From assembly GCA_013239625.1 (NCBI GenBank), contig MU053379.1, positions 3,702,866 through 3,766,865 of the forward strand: DNA of 64,000 bases, given 5' to 3'. The position numbers were made by a program, and so were the translations under genes. Below the pieces are notes generated by a model, which saw only the letters and a program-made list of their open reading frames with translations, did not search any database and was not told the DNA's origin. The stretch is from Lama guanicoe. Taxonomy: Eukaryota. Every line of letters starts with the position of its first letter. The stretch's first letter is position 1. Shown here piece by piece: positions 13,500 to 25,091 of this stretch.

Positions 13500-13640
13500 G
13501 CTCCAGGGTGCAGTGACGGGAACCAATGAGCTGCCAACTCGCGCGTCTCCGGCGTGACTGCCGACATTGACGTGGAGGACACGTCAAATTGATCCCCGCA
13601 CTCCGCAGCCTCCCGGTCAGACGAATTTCTCCTAATCGGA
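13500..13640 (+). promoter_or_regulatory. PAX1 proximal promoter
   Basis: CCAAT box 13523-13527, NFI-like TGCCAA 13532-13537 and paired TGACGTG motifs 13567-13587, at the 5' edge of the CpG island just before the first ATG. No TATA box seen. Confidence 0.7.
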
Positions 13641-13749
13641 TGAAGTTCACCCTAGGCCTGGGGTCGCGGGCGTGGAGAGTGTCCTGGGAGCGGGCGGCGA
13701 GCCCAGCCCCGGCCGCCTCGGCGCCAGGCAGCTGCCCGGCCCGCACGCC

Positions 13750-13753
13750 ATGG
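13750..13753 (+). CDS. PAX1: PAX1 coding exon 1 (ATG + G)
   Basis: Optimal Kozak context cacgccATGG followed directly by the donor GTAAGG at 13754. ATG-G spliced to AG at 14174 gives [13 protein letters not shown], the classical PAX1 start. Confidence 0.9.
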
Positions 13754-14049
13754 GTAAGGGGCAGGCGGCAAGCAGGGCGCGGGCGGGCGGACGAGGCGGG
13801 TGTAGTCCCGGCGCCTCCCTTCCCTCGAGGCTGCTGGGAGACCGGGTCCCGGGTCCCCGACCAGCCGCGCTCTCCGCTCGCCCCCGGTCCGGGGTGGGGG
13901 GAGGTTCGGCGTGTCGCGGGAAGGGATGTCCCAAGCAGACGCATCAGAAGTTGCGAAAGGGCACGGAGGGCCGAAGCGCGCAGCGCCCCCCTCTGCGGTC
14001 CCTGCGCCCCTGCCGACTCCCGGGGCCGTACTCGGTCAGTTTGCTCTGA

Positions 14050-14841
<792 letters not shown>

Positions 14842-16025
14842 TAGAGCCGAGGCGGGAGGGGATGAGGGGTCGCTCTGGCCGTCCTCCTCCAGTCGGCTTG
14901 GCTCAGGGGAGGGCTCCGGGCTGGCAGGGGAGGCTGAGGGTCCCGAGCCTTCTGTGGGAGTCCTCGGACATCTTGAACTTTTTATGACAAATATGGAAAA
15001 TATTTCCCAAATGGAAGAGCAATCGCCGACCACAAATTCAGAGGCCTGAAATCGCGCTTTTTCATTCTTGCAAAAAGTATGCAAACCCCTATCGCCAGAT
15101 CTAAGCCAAACAAACCGCAAAGTCAATTCTGCGACCCTTTCTTAAGGTCGAGATCTTTCGGGATCCCTCCCCCAAAAGGCTCTGTCCCTTCCAGGCCCAA
15201 AGGCTCTTTGAGTAAAAGGCGACCAGGCTGGCTGGCTGGCTGCTCTGGTAGAGTGGCCTGGATCTCCAGCAGGCGGGGCGGCCTTGTGGATCCTGGAGAT
15301 GAGATCTAGGGTGGCAGGCACCCGAAGCTGCAACCATCCTTAGGGTAAAAGCTCCTATGGATTTGCCCTTGGCCTGCAATTAGGACTGTCAGCAAGCCGG
15401 CAGGCACCCCTCTGGGTGCGGAGGGAGAAGACGGGAGAGGGGGGAAATTTTGGGCAGCCTCAGTGCTGGGTTTGGGAGCAGACTGCAGGGGCTGGACTGA
15501 GTCCCGGGTCTTTGCACACTGTTCCCGCGTCCCCCAGCCGGCCAGAGGATGGTGAGTCCTTCAGTGAGCTGACTCAGCAGGAAAGTAAGAGGCAAAATTC
15601 ACCATAGCCCGAGAGAGAGGAGGAGCAGCAAGAAAGAAACTGACGGCTTAGCTCCAGTGGCAGCGGGGGCGCCTCCGGGCCGCACATTCGCTTTGCTTCT
15701 CCTCGAGGCTCAAACCCAGCCTGGGCGTCAGGCTCGGGCCAGAGCTTCGCACAGAGTGGCCCGGGGGCAGCCGGCTGAGAGGTGACCTCGCCGGGCCTGA
15801 GCCCACATCTGGAGCTTTCTCTCCGTCTCCTGAGCACACACCTGCGGGAGGAGCAGGCATGGGCCTGGGGTGCTCGGGCGGCTGGGTTGCCGCCTCTTCG
15901 GGGAGGCCCGGGGTGGCTCCAGAAGCAGTGCTGAGTAGAAACGGCTTCCAGCCCTCCAGACTCTTACTGAGACGTTGAGAAGCCCATATGATTCTGCTGA
16001 GCCTGCTGTGGATTGTAACTTTTAG

Positions 16026-16448
<423 letters not shown>

Positions 16449-16769
16449 TGAGTCCGGGAGCGGAAGGGTTGGAGCGGGTAGGGAGAAAGAGGCGAGAGAG
16501 CCCCTCCGCCTCGGGGCAGGCGAGTTGGGCAGAGCTGGGGTCGGCGGCCCGGCCGCCAGCGGAGTCTCTCTCTCCTTTCTGGGGTGCGCTGGCTTTCCAA
16601 GGGGTCGGACTTGCCTTTCGCCAAGACACCTCTGCTAAAAAATAACCTGGGACCCGTTAACACAAAACTTCGAGGCTCCCTTTCTCTATATCTTGAGGGG
16701 TGAATTCCATGATCCCCTGCATGTTTTATTAGTATTTCTAACAGTTTTGAGTGGAAATTACTTGGCTGA

Positions 16770-17165
<396 letters not shown>

Positions 17166-18959
17166 TGAATGCCGGAGGATTAGGAAGGGTGCAAAGGAAA
17201 GAGACAGACAGGCAGACAGGCAGACAGAGGCTGGAGTGTGTACCAGCATAGATTCTTCCTCTGGGTTACACTTGAAGCTGTAACGTCTTGGAGCAGATTA
17301 ATTTCTAACAGGTGTATGCTGTGTCCCTAGAAAGGCAGGCAGAGGTTGAGAGAGGCCCCAGGACCGACCCCCAACTTGTGTGGAGAAAGAGACCCCTCTC
17401 TGGGTCTCATGTTTCTGTGCATAGAAGGGTCTAGAAGGCACCCTCCAGGATCACTTCCTGTGGCCTGTGGAGTTGCACTTTCCGTGGAGAACCCGCTGTG
17501 GCACCTGAACCCCGCAGCAGGGGCGCCTCTCACACACTGCCCATCTGTTTCTTCCACCTCCAAATCCATCCTTCCTTCCTTCCTTCCTCCCTCCCTTCCT
17601 CTTTCTTTTGTTTTTTATGCCAGGCCCTGTTCTCCCCTGCATTCATCTTCTTAAACACATCCTCTGGGAAAGGAGAGAGCATTTCAATCCTGTGTTTCTC
17701 AGTCTAGACTCTTCTGAGCTTGGGGCAGTGGCTGGGGTCCTTCTTTGTGTAGGAAGTGTGGCTGGGAGCCCTGCTGCCTCCTCCTCCCTGCATCTACTCT
17801 TGGATAAGCCACCTAACAAATCTGAGGAATTTCACTGACAGCCAACAGTGTGAGAGACATCTTCTGACACTGACCTTTGGGTTCTGGTTTTTCCTATGGC
17901 TTGGGAAAAGCGCACCTGCCTTTGAGTCCACACTTTCCTCACTGGTGAGAGGAGTGGCTAGATTTGCCAATTTTGAACCTGCCTGCACTGAGGTTCTGAG
18001 CACCAGAAAGTTGCAAATTCAACTACCCTACAGTGGGAAGGAGTCAGCCCGGGGGCCCAGCCTCTTTCGCTGCAGAGGCTAGGCACAGCCTGGGGGGCGT
18101 TCTGGATTACCAAAAGATCTTTACTAGCTGATCGACCTCACACCGGCCAAGGCAGAAGTAGGGGCATGCAGCGGTGGGTGCACGGGGGCAGGAGGGGCTG
18201 CTCCTTTGGTGATGCCCAGGCAAAAAGCTTTATTTATAAATTTTCACAGTTTCATGGAGCCATAACAGTACGACTTATGTAGGGGGGGGGGATTAAGATG
18301 CTTTCATTAACAGTCAAGTGGAGAAACAATTTATTTTCACCGTTTCCAGAGAACAAACATTCTGGGATATCAGTTTACAAACGTTTGAGAATTAGAACTC
18401 CTTGAAGCTTTAAACTTAAGTGTAGTAGGGAAATACCATGTGTTTATTTGCAGGAAAATCCAAGTAAAGGAAATTTTAAAAGTTGAGAATCAGAGCTCCT
18501 TTGAACTTCCCCTTTCAGGACAGATAAGGGGTCTGGGAGGGGGGAGTGTTTTGCTCAGAGCTTCATCCTTGCCCTCCTTGGCCTCCACTTGTTTTCTTGA
18601 CACCTGTGGTTGTTGAATTAGAAATGGAAATGGAATTTACCAAATTACACTTATTATACTAAAATTGTTTAACTAAGCAGATTCATTTGATTTAGCAAAG
18701 TGTAGCCACAAACTTAAATGATTTTTCCCCTGGGTTGATCCCAAAGCGAGGGAAGACTTGAAAGAAAGGACTCGCTGTCTTCAGAGCAAGAAGGTTCTTT
18801 CCTAGCAGAGCTACTGGGCCCGGGCATGTTAGATACAAATTATCAAATGTAGGTAACAGTCCAGAGGTAAACATGCAGTTCCGAGTTCTAAGCTAACTCT
18901 AGTTAGTTAGGGGGAGAGGGGGCTCATTGGTGGTTGATTTTCTTTAGAAGAGCCTTTCC

Positions 18960-19460
18960 TTTCAGAAATACAGAGCCACTGAATGACAATGGCATTCCTG
19001 CCCCTTTGACCAGTATTTTTACTTCCTATTATGAAATAGCCCACCTATTTCCAAAATCCGCAGCAATAATTAGCTACATTTGTTGTTAAATTAATAACCT
19101 AATTTCCCGATCCTGACAGTTCTTTAACGATCCAGGTAAAGGACCATCAAATAAATCAGGGCCATCGTTAAAAATGATTTCTCCAGCTGGCATACAAGCG
19201 TTTGTGTTTGGACAGGAAGATATAAATAATGAGAATTACATAGCTACTTGGGTTATGGATTTTTAATCTTCTTCTCATTGGCAGAAAAACTGACTTCAAA
19301 GATCACCTCCGCTATCCCAAGTGGTCTGTGAAAAATTACAAAGTAAAGTAATATGAATCACTGCCTTTAATTTTCTAATCTTTGCTGAAGAAATTATCTT
19401 CAGAGAAACCTATCCCATAAGACAACTTAATATCATTAATTGTGCACTTCGTAAGACTAG
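18960..19460. promoter_or_regulatory. Candidate intronic enhancer (HOX/MEIS/PBX motif cluster)
   Basis: AT-rich block with no recognisable repeat, containing TGACAG, two TTTAACGAT in inverted orientation, ATAAATCA, ACAATGG, GCATTCC and CCTTTGA. Confidence 0.5.
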
Positions 19461-20739
19461 TTAGTAGGAGTAGCATTTATTGAATCTCTCCAGTAAGAAA
19501 ATGGTTTTTTTACTGAAAGCAATTTAATATTATGAATGCTCCATAAACGACAAATACTTCTGATCACCTAGCCATAAATGCACAATATACACATAACGTA
19601 TATTTATGTGTATGTTTGTACACATACTTCAGTGTCTTCTAAATCAGGTTCAGATCAACATCAACTGTTATCCTAAGAGAAGCTTGCTCAAATGTCACTT
19701 TATGCGTTACAAGTGTTAACTGTATCTTGGTGAAGGATAGTGAGTCTGGGTTCCCTTTTCCCATCAGCGAAAGGAAACTTTAACTCTTGAGAAGTGAATG
19801 GGACAGTTCCACTTCATCTAAATGGAAGGTACTCATACTCCAGGAATCGGACACCTATCCAGGGCAGGGCCGTCGCCCTCGCCCACCCCTCCCAGACAGC
19901 GGACAGACCCCACTGGACACCCCCTCCAGACAAGGGGTGCTTACAGTGTGTTTTCAGAAGCCTTCCAAAGCTCCCAGCTCTAAAATCCCTCCGAGCCAGG
20001 TCTGGGAAAGACTAAAGATTTAGAAATCAAACTGATAAGATGTTGCATACGCTCAAGGGAACATGCTTTTTATGTTTGCTAGATAACTGGCAGGTCGGTC
20101 CAGTCATCTCTGCTCCAGGTTAGTTCTTGAAGGATCCTAGAAGCCAGCTTTGCCAGGAGCTCTCGGGCACAGGCGTCGGCCTGAGAGCCTGCGGCCGCCA
20201 ATCTCGGTCTCATTTGATGCAGTCCTGTGAGACCCCTTTCCAGACCCCCGCTGACACCCCTTCCCCACGCCCCACGGTCCCAGTGGCCCTGGAATCGCAG
20301 TCCCAGTATATACATGTATATTTTTAAAAGCTTGTCCTCATTTCTGCCCGTAAGATTGAATGAGGCTGTGGCAGTCCTAACCCTGGCCCAAGCCTGCAAG
20401 GCCCCCAGGAGGTCCCCATGTGCACAGACCCAGGTCCAGCAGGTGGGGAAGGAGAGGGGGGTCCTATGGGGAGGGACTGGCGGGGCAGAGCTAACAGCGC
20501 AGCAGCCGGACGGCCCCTGTAGAGTGGAGTGGAATCTGCCTCTGGCCTCCTGGGTGTTTATGTTTCACAAAATTCATTTTCTCGCTTGTTTCTCAGGCAA
20601 CTGGCCTTTGGTTGAGAAAGCTCCTCCCCAGCTCTTTTCTAAGCAGGCCCTCACCTCCAAGTGCGTGGACTGGGTGGAATGAAAAGGTCTGAAAACTTCA
20701 TTGACTGAGCGGCCACAACTGTGTTTAGGAAAGAGAGCC

Positions 20740-22220
20740 GGGCGAGCGAGGGGGCTGTCCTGGAAAGGTCTTCAGCCCCTTCGCCATCTCTGGGAAACCA
20801 GATGTGCGCGCGCGTCCCCTGGCGCAGAGGTGTCGCCCCGCTCGGCCGTGCGCTCGAGGCCCGGGCCAGGGCAGCTGCGGGAGGAAACCACGGGGAGCTG
20901 CCTCTCGCCCCACACTGAGGCGCTCCGAGCGCCCCCCTTTAGAGGAGGCGTTGGGAAGAAAAGAAAGTTGAAAATAGGCGCTTTTAGATATAAACAAGCT
21001 TGTACCGCCTGGTGCAGAAGCCGAAGCGGCTGAGCACTGGGAAAGGAAACACAGTTTGCCCAATCGTGGCGTCACTTTTCTGGCTTCCAGTAGCAAAACT
21101 TGGGCCCTTCCCAAACCTTATAGAGCAACGCACAGAATGCCGCCTGATCTGGCAAGACCACTGGCACTAAATCGGGAGGCCCACCGCCCCAGGACGTGCT
21201 GTGCCCACAGCGGTGAGAGCATTTGGATCCCCGGGCCGCGGGGGCAGAAGGGGGTCCGCCGCCCACTTAATGGGCATCTGCCGCTCCCCTCACCCCGTCC
21301 CTAGCCCTTCCCGAAGGGCGTTTTGGTGACCCATTTCCCCAGGCCCTTCGCAAGCCCTTCACTGCTTTGGGAACGGCGATCTGAGCGGCTGGCAGCCCCT
21401 CGGGCCGGTGCGCTGGCTGGGGTCTGGGGTGAGTCGGGGTTTGGGAGACGGGGTGCGCGGATTTCGGCATCCAGCTCCCTCCCGGAGATGTCTGGGATCT
21501 GAGCATCACCCGGCCCAGGGTCGCCCGGCTCTGCAGCGCCTCCCTGCGCCTGGCGCCTCCTTTACTGGACGGCGAGGGGCTAAGAGCATTGCGGGGGTGG
21601 GGTGGGGGCGGGGGTCTGCGGTGCGGAGAGTCTGCGGGACGGCCCTGCAAGGAGGGCCGCGGCCGAGGCTGGGCGGGTGAGTGGCGCCCGCAGGCCGGGG
21701 GAGGGTGGGCGCCCACGGGCGCGCGGGGCGCTGGGGAACGCGGCTCCTCCTTCCCACCCCGAGTGTGGGAGCAGCCCGCGCTCTCGGGGCCCCGGGCCTG
21801 CCACTCGGCGCCGCGCCCGGCAGTGACCCGCTGCCCTGTGCTTCCTCCCGCAGTGGCCGACCGGAAGCCGCCCAGCCCCGGCAGCAAGGCCCCCGACGGC
21901 CTCGGGAGCTTACACGGACTGCCCATCCCGGCCTCGACCTCCTAGGGCCGCGCGTCGCTGAGCCCGAGCCCGAGGGCGGCGGCGGGGCGGCGGGCGCGGC
22001 GGGGCGCAGACCGGGAGGACCCGCCGCCGAGGTGCCCTCGCCCAGCCCGGCTCCCAGCCGCTGCGCATCCTCTGTCGGCCGGGGTTTCGGCTTCTCTGAA
22101 CTTTGGCTTCAGACTGTTGCATCCTCGTCGCGACCTTTGCTCCGACGCGGCCTCGCCCTGCAGGCCGCCAGCATCTCTTCCTTCTCCCTGGGCAGTTTCG
22201 CACCGCCCCTCCCTCGGGTT
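20740..22220. promoter_or_regulatory. CpG island over end of intron 4 and exon 5
   Basis: High CpG density by inspection. Confidence 0.75.
21854..21945 (+). CDS. PAX1: PAX1 exon 5, coding part to TAG stop
   Basis: Acceptor cttcctcccgcAG; reads (V)[29 protein letters not shown], the known PAX1 C-terminus. Spliced CDS 4+630+143+223+92 = 1092 nt, an intact frame of 363 aa. Confidence 0.93.
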
Positions 22221-23185
22221 CCCTTCCCCTCTCTCCCTCTTTCCCGCTCCCCCTCCGCTTCCTTTCTTCCTCCCCGCCCGCCCTCCTTCCTACCCATCCT
22301 TTCCTTCCCCACCTTCGCCCTCTGCATTTTCCCCTCCTCTGTCTCCGCTCCTTCCCTCCCTCCGTCTCCCCATCTACGTGGGCTCCCGCTCCTGTGGTCC
22401 AGCTCCGTCCACTCCCTTGTCTCCCTAGGCCTTTACAGTCAGGATTCTGCCTGTCTTCTTTCCTTCTGGCACCTGTCCCCACCCCCTTCCGGAGAGCCCC
22501 AGACCCATCCTGCCCTCCTCTCTGCAGCCTCCACCCTTCTGGGCTCCCCAGGCTAACAGAGGGGGCTCCAACCTGGGGCATGGACAGTGAAGCCACAGCT
22601 TTCCCCCATATTTTTATAATAATGAACCTGAACAAAACCTGGATGAACTGCCCCCCTCCCTGGATGATGTCTGGAAATACCCTCGTCTGGATGGTTTCTC
22701 AGTGCCCAGTGGTTGGGTTTCTCTTTGCTTCCCCTGAGATGATGTTAGACTGGGGCAGGAGTCGGGGGCACGGGGGCCACTGGTATTTTCTGTAGTTAGA
22801 AAGTCATGCGTGCCTGGAGGTGCCCCCTCTCACCCTCCACACCCAACAGGAGGGAATCCGGCATATGGTAGACGCATCAGCACTGGTTTTGGTATTCAGG
22901 GGTCAGCACATTTGTTAATTTAAACCACAAACTGCTTCCGGGTACAAAGGTGCAATCTGGCTTCTGGTTTGCAAGGGGATAGGGGTCGGAAAAAACCCAA
23001 AAAGTGTCTTCCAGAGCGGGCACAGGCTCTGTTACCTGCTTCCAAGTTCAGGCGCGCTGGTGGCAGGACCCTGGACATAAAACTGCAATTTCTGTAGTCA
23101 TAGAAATGTCACTGGTGAGAGCCTTACATCACCTGTTAAACATGGCTGCCTTTGAATAAAGGAGAGCATCGAAAGTGCGCTTCGT
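21946..23185 (+). other. PAX1: PAX1 3' UTR (to proximal polyA site; end approximate)
   Basis: Follows the stop codon. The first AATAAA I found downstream is at 23155-23160. Confidence 0.6.
23155..23160 (+). terminator. Candidate polyadenylation signal AATAAA (proximal)
   Basis: Canonical hexamer ~1.2 kb after the PAX1 stop codon. Confidence 0.55.
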
Positions 23186-25032
23186 GAGGGTGGGCCAGTC
23201 TGTCTAGCCTGGACTGCTGTGTCGGTGTCTCCCACCCCCTGGAGCCCCGCATTTCCAGCAGGAACACTGGTTAGAGGGGTTGTTTTTACTGGTTTACTCA
23301 TTAGCACTGGCAGCACCGGCTGGGCAGGAGGTGGTGGAGGCCGTGAGATGGGAGGGCCACTTTCAGGGACCCGCCCCTGGAAACTCCAGGTCAGCCCTGG
23401 GGAACTGAGACAAGGAGACAACGCGGAAACCATCCCAAAGTGAAGTCATTTCTTAGCGGGAAAAAATGGGCAGGGGGCAGTGAGGAGCAGTGGAGGACGT
23501 TCTCAGAACCTTTTTAACAATCTGAAAGCTAAAGAAAATGATCACAGGCTACCGGGCGGCCCAGGGCTTCCTCACTGCAAAGGCGTCTCTGGCTAATGGG
23601 TTTTGTTTTTCCGCCCTGTGTTTGGCTTTCTGAACCTGACGGAAGAGAGTTCTGAAAGGATGGTTTTGCTTGTGAGCGGGGCTGCCTGCTCGGACGCGTG
23701 CAAGACACCTGTGGCGAAATTGTTTGCATTACTTCTCACGGCAGTAGTTTCTGCTGAAGGTAGTCAACAAAACTAAAAAAGAATGTCTACTTTTCTCATA
23801 CAGCAACTTTTCTCCCCGAGTCTTCAAAGTCTCTTGCCTATAAAAAAAATTCTATTTTATAGACAGGAATATCAAGGCCTAGAGCTTTGGTTTATTTCTC
23901 TGGACCACATACAGCAAGCTGTGGATCACAGGGCTTGCACATGGAATCTGTGTGACACCATCTTAGCAGAGAGCAGGACCGGGGCTTGGACTTCGAGCCT
24001 GGGGCCCTCAGCCTGTGGCACTGGCCTTTCCTGCAGGGAGGCTGCTCAGAAGAATAGTAGCACTGAAGTGTGAAAAAGAAGCATGTTCTCAAGTCCTCGT
24101 CCTCTCAGCCTGTCTTAGCTGAGTTCATCTACACCACGGGATTCTCACGCATCCATCTTCGGTGCCCAGAGGACTGGCTGGCTTGGACCAGGAAGAAGGC
24201 GCCTTGCCTTTGCAGAAGAAGTGAGAAGACTGTCTCTGGTTGCTGCTATCCTTTTTCCTCTGCCGCTCGCTCCCCACCCTGCCTCTGGGCTGGCCAGGAT
24301 TGGGGTGAGAAGCGCTGGAAAGTGCAGCCCAGGAAGGATGCAGGTGCCTAGGCTGTAAATTCCCCTGCAAAGGGAGGGAGGCGCTTTCCAGAGCTGTCCT
24401 CTGCGGTTCACCACACAGTGCGGCTGGAGGAGGGTCTTCCAGGGTTCACTGGGCCCCAGAGGAGCATTCACGGGGCCAGCTTGCTTTGCCACGCCCTGGG
24501 GGATGTGCAGGGCTCTCCTTCCTCCCTTGAGGCTGCGGGCCCTGGAATGTCTCAGCAAGCGCAGGGGGAGCCCTGGCTCCCCTGGGTGAGGCAGAGGCCT
24601 GTGACCTTGCCGAGCCTTGGTGTCCTGTCTGTGAAGCAGCCCCTCCTGTGCGTGGCCCTGTGGTGGCTGGCTGGCTGGAGGTGCTGCACATCTCCGGAGA
24701 TGATGATTTTTTTGCCATTAACCAGGGACAGGGGAGCCATTTTTAGGGTTGATGGAAGGACCCAGAATTGAAACACTTTTCAAAAGATCCCATTAAATAT
24801 TGCATCGTTGATCTCCATGCATAGGGCTTGGTGTGTGTGCCAGGGACTCACCATGTTGGGTGGAATAATTTAAGTCATTTCCCAGAGACAGTTTGCACTA
24901 GCTCCTGCCTTATTATTTTTTAATTTAAAAATAAGGTTTTTTTTTAAATATAGAGAAGTCCCCACAATAAAATAAACAAAAACTGACACAGAGTCACTCA
25001 AATAACCCTTTGATTTGTTGACAGAATTAAAG

Positions 25033-25076
<44 letters not shown>

Positions 25077-25091
25077 GCACATATATACACA
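25033..25091. repeat. Compound (AT)n(AC)12(AT)n microsatellite
   Basis: Seen directly. Confidence 0.9.

Noticed and set aside
17512..17528. CTCF-like gcagcaggggcgcc (and gtcaccaggggcagc near 5636)
   Set aside because: One G short in the core, so the spacing does not fit the motif.
21681..22795. 291, 241 and 230 aa ORFs across exon 5 and the 3' UTR
   Set aside because: Products of GC-rich and polypyrimidine sequence, with non-ATG starts and low complexity.
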